A stretch of 64,000 nucleotides of DNA from Candidatus Norongarragalinales archaeon (GTDB taxonomy: Archaea > Micrarchaeota > Micrarchaeia > Norongarragalinales > Norongarragalinaceae), in contig JAWABJ010000001.1 in NCBI GenBank assembly GCA_038884755.1, positions 153,792 through 217,791 on the forward strand. Reading direction: 5' to 3'. The notes below the pieces were generated by a model that had not been told where the DNA came from, did no database searches, and saw only the letters and a list, made by a program, of their open reading frames with translations. Shown one piece after another: positions 43,184-53,120 of this stretch (the stretch's first letter is position 1; each line of letters begins with the position of its first letter). A program made the position numbers and the translations under genes.

Positions 43184-45829
43184 TCAGAGTCCTTTATTCT
43201 TTCTTCTTCCTATCGAGTAGGCGACCAGCGCAACAACGAAAACCGCGATTATGAGCGCGTAAATCAAGCTCGAGTTTTGCGTTTGGATTCTAATTGCGTT
43301 TTCGTTCGGTTTCAGGGTTTGCGTCGGCTGGATTCTATTGGACTCGGGTTTTTCCTCGTCCACCAGCGTCAAAACGGTGAACTCGTCGAGAATTTTTTCT
43401 TCAGTTTTTTCGTTCAAACTCACGCTGACCGTGAATTTTTCGAACGGCTTAAGAGAAAGCCTTTCCCACGTTGCTATTATGCTTCCTTCGCTCGTTTGAG
43501 ATGGTTTTGGTGAAATGTTTATTTTTCCGGCAATGTATTCAGAATAGTCGAAGGGCAGAGTCCACGCGAGCGTTCCTTTGAATCCCCTGCTTCCTGCAGT
43601 ATATGATAGGGAAAACACGGTTTTAGAAAGGAAAAACTCGCCTTTTATCTTAGCCCTAGGGTCTAAAGTTTTTTCTTTCACCTTCGGCGCTGGAGCCGTA
43701 ATAGTGGGCGTTGGTGTGGTTTTAGCACCACGCCAGTCTATGTAAACATCGCGTCCTCGTGAACCGCCCGAAACTACGGTCATTTGAAAGTTTGCAAGGA
43801 GAGTGGTGCAAGTTGCTGAATAGTTTTGCGCTTCGGGAAAACACGCGGTGTAGTTGAAAGTTTCAGCGAGGGCAGAAGGTGTTTGATTGCTTTCCTCTAC
43901 GTAAGAACTGTCGAAATCCACGCTAGTGCCGTTGCGGTAGAGCGTGAGATTGCCTTCCGTGACGTTTTTCCAAGCCGAAGCGTTGACTGCCACGCTTGAG
44001 GTGTAACTCCTGTCTTCTGCGCTTCCGTCGAGTGTTGCAGTGATTGAAACGCTTCCCTTGCTTACAGTGAGAAAATGCGTGTCGGTCGATGTGCTGTAAT
44101 TCGTGTTGGCATCACAGTGAATAGTGTAGTTGTAATATCCTGCCGCGAGAGTTGTTATTTCCGGGTTTGAGCGTATAGTGGAATTTCTGTACAATGTATC
44201 AATCACTATTCCGGAACAAAAGCCCGAGGCGTTTACGCTTTGAGGATATGCGATAGTCAAATCTGCGTCGGTAGAGTTGAGCAATAGGTTTGCTCCCGTG
44301 GTGTTCTTCACCACGACTATACTGTAAGTTTGCGAAGTGGAAGCTCCAACGCCATCCAACGCCGTGAAGTTATAGTAATAAGTTCCCGCAGGCAGTCCTG
44401 AAATATTGTAATTCCACACTCCAGAAGTGCTCGTTCCGTTCCAAAGACTCATGGTATAGTTGGTGTTTTGAAAACTCATGTTGACTTCGGAAATTCCGCT
44501 GTCGTCTTTCAAAGAAACGAAGAATTGCATCGTGAGTGGAGTGTTGAATTCCGAACCATTGGTGAAATTCGAGGTTTGCCACTGGAATTCTGGAGGTGCG
44601 TTTATCGAAATCGTCACTTCGCTCGAACCAACTTGATTGTCGGTAACGTTCCTTTGAGTTTGGTTCCAACGCGAGCCTACTGACGCGGTGAAATTGTGGT
44701 ATGAAGTGAATACTTTCGTTTCACTTCCGTTCAGATAATAGTGCCTTAACTCCTGCCTTTGAACGTATCCTGTAGAATTGGTGGTTCCCGAAAAGTGGGT
44801 GTGAGATTCGTTGTCTATTACCACGACATTCGCTCCTTCAACCGCAGTGCCATTAGCGTATTTGACTACCACGTCAACCCACCACAACCGGTTTACTGTG
44901 GACTGGCTTAAGTTTCCGGTTGAGAATTCAAACTTGTCGCTTTGCCAAGTGGTGTTTGTAAAGTTGAAGTTTGTGCCGTTGATTAAAGCCACCGTTCCGT
45001 TTGCGTCTCCAGTGGAGTTTGTTTGGTTGATTATAACGTTTTTGAATACTACCGTAGTGAGCAGGGAATTCCCCATTTGTATCAAGTAGTTGGTCGTAGT
45101 TTTTCCTTGACGTTGAATGAGCTTCGAGTTGTAAACCCTAAGGCTGTAATTGCCGGTCGTGTCGCTGGCGGTGTCGCCAAAACCGAAAATCACGGGAATG
45201 GCGTCTGTATCTCCAGACGCGGCGTATTCTATTCGCGAATTTTCTACTATTACCGTAATGTTGCTTTTCGTTGCTTGAGCAAATCCCGCTCTCACAAGGC
45301 TGGTGCCGGTTATAGTAATGTTGGCTATGGAATTGTTGAAATACACCACCAGCGGTGCCCCGCTTGGATTTACGGACATTTGAAGACAAGCGCCATCCGG
45401 CTGTGCGGTAAGAGTCAATTTCTTTAGAGTGCCGTTAAAAAGAACGTTGTAAAACGTTAAGTTGGAATAAGTTGTGGTTATCGAAGCGCAAGAGTCGAAT
45501 CCGGTTATGTACGCCAAGACATTAGTAAGATTGTTTCCGCCTTTACTGCCGTTTTGGAAAGAAAAAACCGTGGGGTTTCCGCTCGTTCCAGTATAGGTGG
45601 AAGTGATGTTGTAAGTTGGTTTGTCAGTTGTAAAACCGCTCGAGTTGGCTGAAGAATTGAAGGTTATGCTGGGAGTGGTTGAACTCGAAGTCGTGTGAGT
45701 CAAGTTTCCGGTTATATTATACCAGTCTCCTTGCGTTCCAATCGTGTAAGGAAGGGACGAGATTGTTATTGCAGACGCGGAGAGGAAAGAAGCCGTAACG
45801 ACTGCTAACAACAATAGCGCGATTTTCAT
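43184..45829 (-). CDS. large secreted, heavily N-glycosylatable surface protein (S-layer glycoprotein candidate) with C-terminal TM anchor
   Basis: 881 aa with a signal peptide MKIALLLLAVVTASFLSASA. More than 50 N-x-S/T sequons (NIT, NLT, NSS, NGT, NFT, NYS...). S/T/N-rich beta-like composition. C-terminal TM plus basic tail LIYALIIAVFVVALVAYSIGRRKNKGL. Confidence 0.6.
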   Translation of the reverse strand: MKIALLLLAVVTASFLSASAITISSLPYTIGTQGDWYNITGNLTHTTSSSTTPSITFNSSANSSGFTTDKPTYNITSTYTGTSGNPTVFSFQNGSKGGNNLTNVLAYITGFDSCASITTTYSNLTFYNVLFNGTLKKLTLTAQPDGACLQMSVNPSGAPLVVYFNNSIANITITGTSLVRAGFAQATKSNITVIVENSRIEYAASGDTDAIPVIFGFGDTASDTTGNYSLRVYNSKLIQRQGKTTTNYLIQMGNSLLTTVVFKNVIINQTNSTGDANGTVALINGTNFNFTNTTWQSDKFEFSTGNLSQSTVNRLWWVDVVVKYANGTAVEGANVVVIDNESHTHFSGTTNSTGYVQRQELRHYYLNGSETKVFTSYHNFTASVGSRWNQTQRNVTDNQVGSSEVTISINAPPEFQWQTSNFTNGSEFNTPLTMQFFVSLKDDSGISEVNMSFQNTNYTMSLWNGTSTSGVWNYNISGLPAGTYYYNFTALDGVGASTSQTYSIVVVKNTTGANLLLNSTDADLTIAYPQSVNASGFCSGIVIDTLYRNSTIRSNPEITTLAAGYYNYTIHCDANTNYSTSTDTHFLTVSKGSVSITATLDGSAEDRSYTSSVAVNASAWKNVTEGNLTLYRNGTSVDFDSSYVEESNQTPSALAETFNYTACFPEAQNYSATCTTLLANFQMTVVSGGSRGRDVYIDWRGAKTTPTPTITAPAPKVKEKTLDPRAKIKGEFFLSKTVFSLSYTAGSRGFKGTLAWTLPFDYSEYIAGKINISPKPSQTSEGSIIATWERLSLKPFEKFTVSVSLNEKTEEKILDEFTVLTLVDEEKPESNRIQPTQTLKPNENAIRIQTQNSSLIYALIIAVFVVALVAYSIGRRKNKGL

Positions 45830-45845
45830 TCAACTACCTCTCGAC

Positions 45846-45858
45846 TTTTATAATTAGC
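45846..45858 (-). promoter_or_regulatory. TATA box (minus strand AATTATAAAAG) about 20-25 nt upstream of the surface-protein ATG
   Basis: The plus strand reads CTTTTATAATT. On the minus strand it lies just downstream of a hairpin plus T5 run (AAGCTTGAAACCAGCTT-GATTTTT) that follows the tdh stop. Confidence 0.45.
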
Positions 45859-45903
45859 TAACGAATTTGCAATTAAAAATCAAGCTGGTTTCAAGCTTTT
45901 TTG

Positions 45904-46851
45904 TCAATACGCTCGTTTTGACAATTGCTTGATCATGTCTTTAGTCATAGCTGTCAAGTCGTACTCGGGCTTCCAGCCCCATTCTTCGCGCGCTGCACTG
46001 TCGTCAATGCTTTTTGGCCAAGAGTCAGCAATAGCCTGCCTGAAGTCGGGTTTGTAGCTTATTGTGAATTCGGGAATCTCTTGCTGAATGGCGGCCGCGA
46101 TTTCGGCTGGAGAAAAACTCATTGCGGAAACGTTGAAGTCGGTTCTATGCTTTAGTTTCGAGCCGTCCGCTTCGGCAAGCTGGATTATTGCCCTGAGCGC
46201 GTCGGGCATGTACATCATTGGCAATGCAGAGTCGGGCTTGAGGAAGCACGTGTAGTGCTGGCGTTTTACGGCATAGTAGTATATTTCGACGGCGTAATCC
46301 GTAGTCCCGCCTCCGGGTTGCGTGACGTTGCTTATTATTCCCGGCAAGCGCAATCCGCGCACGTCCACTCCGAATTTCTTGAAGTAATAATTCCCGAGCA
46401 GCTCGCCGTGCACTTTGGAAATGCCGTACATGGTGGTTGGCTTGAGTATGGTTTCGTTGGGCGTGTTGTCTCGCGGCGTTTCGGGCCCGAAGACTGCGAT
46501 TGAACTGGGAACCATCACGCGCTCGAGTTTTTTCTCCCTCGCCGTCTCGAGAACGTTGTATAACGTGGTGTTGTTGACGAAATAAGCGAATTGCGGGTTT
46601 TTTTCCCCTGCTGCCGAAAGTATTGACGCCAAGTGGTATATCGCGTCAACGCCGTTTTTTTCTACGCAAGCGTCAATCTGCTCTTTTTTCGTCGCATCCA
46701 ATACGCCGGTAGGTCCGTGGTTTTGCGCTTCCGGCGAAGCGGGCTTGATGTCCGTCGCAATAACGTTTTCCTTCCCGTATTTTTTTCTCAACTCAGGGAC
46801 GAGTTCAGAGCCGATTTGCCCGAACGCACCTATGACTAGGACTTTTTTCAC
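45904..46851 (-). CDS. tdh: L-threonine 3-dehydrogenase, extended-SDR/epimerase-like type
   Basis: 315 aa MKKVLVIGAFGQIGSELV...YHLASILSA...YGISK, with a Rossmann GxxGxxG and the YxxxK catalytic pair. It is divergently paired with kbl. Confidence 0.8.
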   Translation of the reverse strand: MKKVLVIGAFGQIGSELVPELRKKYGKENVIATDIKPASPEAQNHGPTGVLDATKKEQIDACVEKNGVDAIYHLASILSAAGEKNPQFAYFVNNTTLYNVLETAREKKLERVMVPSSIAVFGPETPRDNTPNETILKPTTMYGISKVHGELLGNYYFKKFGVDVRGLRLPGIISNVTQPGGGTTDYAVEIYYYAVKRQHYTCFLKPDSALPMMYMPDALRAIIQLAEADGSKLKHRTDFNVSAMSFSPAEIAAAIQQEIPEFTISYKPDFRQAIADSWPKSIDDSAAREEWGWKPEYDLTAMTKDMIKQLSKRAY

Positions 46852-47013
46852 TCAGCATACCCCCTAGCAAACATTATTTTTTGTTAAAAATATTTTGGGC
46901 TCAATCCTTAAAAGACGAAGGCAATTCGCCGATTGTCGTTGTTGCTTTCGGTTTTTATTGTTTGTGCGGCTAGTTTTGTTTATTGCATTGGTTTCTTGGG
47001 AAGGCGTTGAACA

Positions 47014-48210
47014 ATGGCTAAACGGGATGCGACTTCGTTCTTGAAGCAGGAGTATGAAGCGCTGGTGCAGCAAAGCTTGGACTGGCGGATAAAGCAGTTG
47101 CAAGGCCCTTCAACCGCGCACGCGAAAGTCGACGGCAAGAATGTTTTGATGCTTTGTTCTAACAATTACTTGAATTTGTCCAACCACCCCAAACTCAAGG
47201 AAGCGGCTATACGCGCGGTGCAAACGCACGGCGCAGGGAGCGGCAGCGTAAGGGCAATTGCGGGAAGCATGGATTTGCACTTGGCTTTGGAAAGAAAGAT
47301 AGCTTCGTTCAAACACGCCGAAGCAGCGTTGTACTATCAGACTGGTTTTGCGGTGAACGCGGGTTTGATTCCGCAGTTGGTGGGCGAAGGCGACGTGGTG
47401 ATAAGCGATGAATTAAACCACGGTTCCATCATTGACGGCGTAAGGTTGAGCAAGGCGGAACGCGCGATTTACAAGCACTGTGACGTCGGCGATTTGGAGA
47501 GAGTATTGAAGGAATTGGATTCCAGACCCACGCCCCCGAGAAGAATTTTGGTTATCACTGACGGTGTTTTTTCTATGGACGGCGACATCGCGCCGTTGGA
47601 CAAGATTGCCGGCATTGCAGAAGCGCACGGCGCGATGGTTTACGTTGACGACGCGCACGGCGACGGAGTGCTGGGCGAAGGCGGGAGGGGTATAGTAAAT
47701 CATTTTCATTTGGAGGGGAAAGTGCACGTGGAAATGGGCACTTTCTCGAAAGCTTTCGGAGTCGTCGGGGGCAGTATTGCCGGTAGCAAAGACTTGGTTG
47801 CTTTCGCGTTGAACAAGTCGCGCACTTGGCTGTTGAGCGGTTCTGCGCCTCCTGCGACTGTCGCTGCATGCTTTGCAGCGCTGGAAGTTTTGGAAACAGA
47901 GCCGCAGCATTTCAAGAAACTGTGGGACAACACGAATTACTTCAAGAAAGAGTTGCAGGCGCTGGGTTTCGATACGGGCGTGAGCCAAACGCCCATAACG
48001 CCAGTGATAGTTGGGGAAAGCGGGAAAGCGAAAGCGTTGAGCGAAAAGCTCTTTGAAACAGGCGTTTTCGCCCTGCCCATTGTTTTTCCGATGGTTGCGA
48101 AAGACAAGGCGAGAATACGCACGATGATGAATGCAGGGCTTTCGAAAGAGGATTTGGATTTTGCTTTGAACGCATTCGAAAAATCGGGCAAGGAACTCGG
48201 AATAATTTGA
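47014..48210 (+). CDS. kbl: 2-amino-3-ketobutyrate CoA ligase (glycine C-acetyltransferase), PLP-dependent
   Basis: 398 aa of the alpha-oxoamine synthase family: SNNYLNL, HGSIIDG, and the PLP-lysine context GTFSKAFG. Confidence 0.85.
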   Translation: MAKRDATSFLKQEYEALVQQSLDWRIKQLQGPSTAHAKVDGKNVLMLCSNNYLNLSNHPKLKEAAIRAVQTHGAGSGSVRAIAGSMDLHLALERKIASFKHAEAALYYQTGFAVNAGLIPQLVGEGDVVISDELNHGSIIDGVRLSKAERAIYKHCDVGDLERVLKELDSRPTPPRRILVITDGVFSMDGDIAPLDKIAGIAEAHGAMVYVDDAHGDGVLGEGGRGIVNHFHLEGKVHVEMGTFSKAFGVVGGSIAGSKDLVAFALNKSRTWLLSGSAPPATVAACFAALEVLETEPQHFKKLWDNTNYFKKELQALGFDTGVSQTPITPVIVGESGKAKALSEKLFETGVFALPIVFPMVAKDKARIRTMMNAGLSKEDLDFALNAFEKSGKELGII

Positions 48211-48232
48211 GCGAAAAAAGGTTGGTTTTTCT

Positions 48233-49660
48233 TTGAGCAAGACGAAAATCGTTTGCACCCTCGGCCCTTCCACTTCGTCCGAGGAAACTATACGCAAGCT
48301 CGCGCGCAAGGGCATGGACGTTGCGCGCTTGAACTTTTCCCACGGCAGGCTTTCCGACCACGCTAGAATGATTTCCTTAGTGAAGAAAGTGCGGCGCGAA
48401 TTGGGGGTTCCGATTGCGATTCTTGCGGACTTGCAGGGTCCGCGCATTCGAACCGGCGTTTTCAAGAGCGGAAAGGCGGAATTGAAGCGCGGGAGCACGG
48501 TGCTCGTCAATTCCGAGAGCGATTTCGTCGGTTCCGGCCGCGAGTTCAGCATTCCTTACGCCCGCTTGTCCAAGGAAGTGGGCGTGGGCGACAGGATTTT
48601 CATCGACGGCGGGCTCATCGAGCTTTTGGTCGTGGGAAAGAAAAACGGGGTTTTGGCTGCAGAGGTCGTTGAAGGCGGGGAAGTGGGCGACCACAAGGGC
48701 GTCAACCTTCCCAACGCCGACATTTCACTCAACTCCCTCACCCGCAAGGACTTGCGCGACTTGAAGTTTTTGCAGTCTCAAAACGCGGATTACGTGGCGC
48801 AGAGCTTCGTGCGCGTAGCGGGAGACGTGATGTTTTTGAAAAAAAAGCTTTCCAGGTGGAAGCTCAAGCCGAAAGTAATTGCAAAGATAGAGACTGCTAA
48901 GGCGCTGTACGACATTGATGCGATAATCGACGAGAGCGACGGCATAATGATCGCGCGCGGGGATTTGGGCATAGAGCTCAACCCCGAGGAAGTGCCGTTA
49001 ATCCAAAAAAGCTTGATTAAAAAGTGCAACGCGGCTTTCAAGCCCGTCATTACTGCAACGCAGATGCTCGAGAGCATGACGTACTCTCCCATTCCCACGC
49101 GTGCGGAGGCGAGCGATGTTGCGAACGCAGTTCTCGACGGAACCGACGCGTTGATGCTCAGCGGCGAGACCGCGATGGGAAAATACCCTTTGAAGGCAGT
49201 GGAAACTATGGATTCGATAGCCAAGAAGGCGGAATTCGTCTTGACGCACGCCCCGCACTTCGACTCTTTCGAGGGAAAGCCCCTTCATCATTCCATAGTC
49301 GAGGCGATAAGCGGCGCAGTCACGCACACGGCTTTTCACTTGAAGGCGAAGTTCATCGTCGCCTATACCACGCACGGAACTACTGCGAGGCTGATTTCAA
49401 AACACAAGCCTCCCCAGAAAATAATCGCTTTCACCCCCCACGAGTCGGCGCGAAACCAGTGCGCGTTGTTGTGGGGCGTCGAACCGCTGCTTTTGCGCAA
49501 GGCGGGCGGGCTGGAAGATTTCACGCGCATGGCGGAAACGGAATTGAAGGCGAGAAAGCTCGTGAAGAAAGGCGATTTGCTTGTTTTGACCGCGGGCATT
49601 CCGCTTGAAGTGAGCGGGAACACGAACGTAATGAAAGTGCACGTGGTAAACGGCTTTTGA
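48233..49660 (+). CDS. pyk: pyruvate kinase
   Basis: MSKTKIVCTLGPST...ARLNFSHG...IIAKIE...MIARGDLGIE... Confidence 0.9.
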   Translation: MSKTKIVCTLGPSTSSEETIRKLARKGMDVARLNFSHGRLSDHARMISLVKKVRRELGVPIAILADLQGPRIRTGVFKSGKAELKRGSTVLVNSESDFVGSGREFSIPYARLSKEVGVGDRIFIDGGLIELLVVGKKNGVLAAEVVEGGEVGDHKGVNLPNADISLNSLTRKDLRDLKFLQSQNADYVAQSFVRVAGDVMFLKKKLSRWKLKPKVIAKIETAKALYDIDAIIDESDGIMIARGDLGIELNPEEVPLIQKSLIKKCNAAFKPVITATQMLESMTYSPIPTRAEASDVANAVLDGTDALMLSGETAMGKYPLKAVETMDSIAKKAEFVLTHAPHFDSFEGKPLHHSIVEAISGAVTHTAFHLKAKFIVAYTTHGTTARLISKHKPPQKIIAFTPHESARNQCALLWGVEPLLLRKAGGLEDFTRMAETELKARKLVKKGDLLVLTAGIPLEVSGNTNVMKVHVVNGF

Positions 49661-49685
49661 CTTTGTTTTGCTTGCCTTTTTTTTT

Positions 49686-52600
49686 TCAAACGAAGTTTGC
49701 TAGCGAAAACTGCTTTTCGGCTTTTTCGCGAAACACTTCCTTTATCTCGCGTTCGATGAGCATGAGCCTTTGCTTGAGGTATTCCGGCAAATCAAACCGT
49801 TCCGCCATTTCCTTGGCGATGCCGAGGTACTTTTCAATTCCCGCCTTGTGTATAGTGAGCAAAAGCTTTCCGCCGCACTTGCGGCATTTGCCAGCCAAAG
49901 GCGGGCGGCGGTATTTAGCGTTGCATTCGCCGCAGCGGAATTTCTGGCGGGAGAACGAGCGCAGGTTCCCGTAAAGGTCCGGGAAAAAGTGCGAGAGGAT
50001 TATGCGTTCGGCCGCCTGTTGCGCGTCGACGGCGCGGATTTTTTCCATCAGGCGCAGTTCGGCCTCGAGTTTTTGCTGCATGCTTGTGGCGAGCTTGACG
50101 TAGCTGCTTCTGAAGGGCGTGAGCGGGTCTATGGTGCAGGCGTGCGTGAACCCTATGCCTTCGTACTGCTGTTCCTTTCCGAGCGTGTCGGAAATTGTTT
50201 CTATCTGCACTTCGCCGGGACTGGAGTAGTTGAGCGTAGCTTGGTAGAATTCCAGTGGGTAAGCCCACGCCCGGTCCATGGCGTGCACTTCGTCGTCCAC
50301 TTCCAGTGGGTCGAGAATGGTCGTCAGCACGAGCGGCGCGTCCATTTTCCCGCCGCGCGTTTCCGGCAGGAATTCACGGGAAAAATTAAGGAGCCCGTCC
50401 ATCATCATTATTATCGCTAGTTCATCTCCGTCCGCGTTTCTCCGGCAGGCGCAGTGCAGGTAAGGGTGCGCTATTATGCCTTGCACTTGCGCGTAGCCTA
50501 TGACCCTGCACACTATTCCTGCTGAAGTGTGCGGGGCGATTGCGATGCTTTGCGTTCCCACCAAGTCCTTTTCGCTCGAGGCGTTGTAGAATGCCGGCAA
50601 GTTGTAAAAGTAAACGAGCAAATCGTCGATGAAGCGGGAAACGCGCAGCAAATACTGCATGCACTCTTGCGAAACGATGATGTCTTGGGGTTTGAGTTCC
50701 ACGAGCTGGCTTTCGTTTTCCAACGCGTTTCCAAGCGCGTCTTTCTCGTAACCCATTTCCCTGAGTTTTTCCACGCTCGTGCCTATTTCGGCGGGGTAAA
50801 AGTGCGTGCACGGGATTTCGGTCGCGTCAAAGCGGCTGGTGCCGTCTCGGAACACGGTGATTCCGTGCTTTGCTCGAAGAAAGCCTTTCTCGAGGGCTTC
50901 TGGCGTTTTTCTCGCGGAAATCAGGCCTTGCACCGCCTTGACTTCGTCGGGCACGAGCCCAGTTTTTGCAATGGCGTTGTCGACCGCGCGTACTAGGTTG
51001 AGCTGCTGAATTTCGAACGCAGCGCCTTCGCTTCCACACTGGCATTCTTGTTTTTCGTTGAGCCTTCCGCACTTGGGGCATTTGAATGCGGGCGTGGTCT
51101 TCCCGCCGCAATCGCATTTTCTCGCCCAGTTTTGCTTTCCACAATCCGCGCACTTTCTCACTTCAAGTTCGAATTCGGCAGTGGGGCTTCCGCCGGATTG
51201 CTTGACCGTAGCGTAAGCTTTCTTTACGCTTCGCACTTTTCCGCCCAGGAAGCCGATGGGGAAAAGCGAGTGAACGGGCGGCTTCATCTTGCGCTCGCGG
51301 CTTTTTTCAGGCCTGCCCATAGCGCTTCCAACGTAAACCCCGCTTTTTCCGCGGATTTCGAACGGCGAGACAGAGTTTATTATTTGCAAAACGCTTTTGT
51401 CCTTGCTTTCGGCAATCGCCTTTCTCACTGCCGAAGCGTCTAGTTTTTTGCTTTTCAGCATTCCCAATGGCGCGAGGAGGGAAAGCGCGGCGTCCTTGCC
51501 GAAAATTATTTCACTTTCTTTCACCGAATGCTCGACGCCGAGGTTTTCGAGAATGGTTTTTTCCTGCGCGAGAGGCAGGGAAAAGCTCTTGAATTCGAAC
51601 CACTCCATTTCCAGCCTGCCTTTTTCCAAGTACGCCACGAGTTTTTCCAATTCTTCGGCGTTCAAGTCGCTCCAGAACAGAGTGTGAGAAGGCGCGAGGG
51701 GGACGCCGTGTTTTTCGCAAAGTTCTTTCGCGCCGTCGAAGGAAATGGTCTTGAGTTCTTGCGCAGTTTTCTCTATTCCCCTGCCTTTCAACTCTAGGGC
51801 AAGCCACTCTTCCACCCACGGGGAAGGGACGAGCGGGTGGGCGCTCTTGTTGAAATCGCCGTAGCAGCACAGCATGTCGCCGAGAAAAAGTATTTCCTTG
51901 ACTTTGTTGCGCAGCGCGTAAGCCTCGTCAATGTTCGATATTTTTTTTACGCTGTCGTCGTCCAAAAGCACTATGGGCCCGTCGATAGTTTCGCAGGGGG
52001 TTACGATGCACCCTTTAGCTGGGCGTTCGGTTTTCACTTGAGTGCCGAACACAGGAAAATCGTCCAGCAAAACCATTGTGGCAGGGTGAATTGCTTTGGC
52101 CAGAATTCCAGTGAACCGAGTTCTGCCGTAGCGAAGGCGGAAGCCGCCTTTGCGCATGGGGAAAGAGAATATCGGGCGTCCAGCGACGATTTCTTCCATG
52201 AACCTTTCGTTCGGCTTTATTTCGACTTTCTTCGCTTCTTGCTTGGCGACTTTAATCAAATTCTCGAGCCACTGCCAGTCGAGCCCGTTTTTTTTCGCGA
52301 TTTTCAAGACTTTCGCCGCTTTCAAGCACACGCCTTCGCCTATCACCAGGCACACGCCGCTTCTCACGCGGTTGGTTTCTATCGAGGCTACGTCCCTGTT
52401 CACGCTCACTTCATATTCTTCGGTGGGCTCTCCATCTATGCGGACGGGGCAGTTTTTCACCACCCAAATTGTTTCTTCGCGCGTCGGCACGTATTGTCCA
52501 GCGCGTGTTTTGCGCGCGTACAATCCTGTTTCTTCAACATAGCGTTCGAGCTCGCTTTCGAGCGGGCGGTACTCTCGGATGCCGAAAAACTTCCTGCAAT

Positions 52601-53120
52601 AATCCGCCAGTAGCAGGGCGAACGCCTGTCCCGTTCCCCCTGCCCCGCGTATCGGGCCTGCAAAGTACACGCCAACGTAATCGCTCCCGTCTGGGTTTTG
52701 CTTGATTTTTATTTTCGAAACGCCTTCAATCGGCGCCGAAACCACCCCTTCCGTGAAAAGCGCGAGGCCGGTGCGCACCGCCTGTTCGATGAGCTTTTCC
52801 TTGTCTTCCTTGGAATCGGTTTTTTCCTGGCTTTCTTGCAATGAAAACTGTTTTTCCAGGATTTTCTTAGCGATTTCAAAGCAGGTTTTCTCACGGTTGT
52901 GCTGTTCGCCTAGAGCGCGTATCGTTTCCGCAACGCCTTTCGGCCCCACCAGTCCTTCGACGCGTGCGGCGACGTCTTGCGCAGGCGCTATTTCCACTGT
53001 TGCTACGGGGTCGAGGTTTCTTTCCCTCGCTTTCCCAGCTGCTTCCAACTGCTTCTGCAATTCGCCTTCAAGCATTCTGAAGTAGCCTTTCATTTCCTGC
53101 GAAGAGTTCTGGGTGTTCAC
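49686..53120 (-). CDS. polC: DNA polymerase II (PolD) large subunit DP2
   Basis: 1144 aa with Zn-finger clusters CADCG...CDCG...CPKCG...CQCG and C-terminal CGEC...CRKCGG. It is co-oriented with and overlaps DP1 by 4 nt. Confidence 0.9.
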   Translation of the reverse strand: MNTQNSSQEMKGYFRMLEGELQKQLEAAGKARERNLDPVATVEIAPAQDVAARVEGLVGPKGVAETIRALGEQHNREKTCFEIAKKILEKQFSLQESQEKTDSKEDKEKLIEQAVRTGLALFTEGVVSAPIEGVSKIKIKQNPDGSDYVGVYFAGPIRGAGGTGQAFALLLADYCRKFFGIREYRPLESELERYVEETGLYARKTRAGQYVPTREETIWVVKNCPVRIDGEPTEEYEVSVNRDVASIETNRVRSGVCLVIGEGVCLKAAKVLKIAKKNGLDWQWLENLIKVAKQEAKKVEIKPNERFMEEIVAGRPIFSFPMRKGGFRLRYGRTRFTGILAKAIHPATMVLLDDFPVFGTQVKTERPAKGCIVTPCETIDGPIVLLDDDSVKKISNIDEAYALRNKVKEILFLGDMLCCYGDFNKSAHPLVPSPWVEEWLALELKGRGIEKTAQELKTISFDGAKELCEKHGVPLAPSHTLFWSDLNAEELEKLVAYLEKGRLEMEWFEFKSFSLPLAQEKTILENLGVEHSVKESEIIFGKDAALSLLAPLGMLKSKKLDASAVRKAIAESKDKSVLQIINSVSPFEIRGKSGVYVGSAMGRPEKSRERKMKPPVHSLFPIGFLGGKVRSVKKAYATVKQSGGSPTAEFELEVRKCADCGKQNWARKCDCGGKTTPAFKCPKCGRLNEKQECQCGSEGAAFEIQQLNLVRAVDNAIAKTGLVPDEVKAVQGLISARKTPEALEKGFLRAKHGITVFRDGTSRFDATEIPCTHFYPAEIGTSVEKLREMGYEKDALGNALENESQLVELKPQDIIVSQECMQYLLRVSRFIDDLLVYFYNLPAFYNASSEKDLVGTQSIAIAPHTSAGIVCRVIGYAQVQGIIAHPYLHCACRRNADGDELAIIMMMDGLLNFSREFLPETRGGKMDAPLVLTTILDPLEVDDEVHAMDRAWAYPLEFYQATLNYSSPGEVQIETISDTLGKEQQYEGIGFTHACTIDPLTPFRSSYVKLATSMQQKLEAELRLMEKIRAVDAQQAAERIILSHFFPDLYGNLRSFSRQKFRCGECNAKYRRPPLAGKCRKCGGKLLLTIHKAGIEKYLGIAKEMAERFDLPEYLKQRLMLIEREIKEVFREKAEKQFSLANFV

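Noticed and set aside
49770-52613. Several 130-260-aa + strand ORFs (49770..50420, 50529..50996, 51837..52613) inside the DP2 gene, and 53252..54277 (+) inside DP1
   Set aside because: They are antisense to strongly supported PolD subunit genes.
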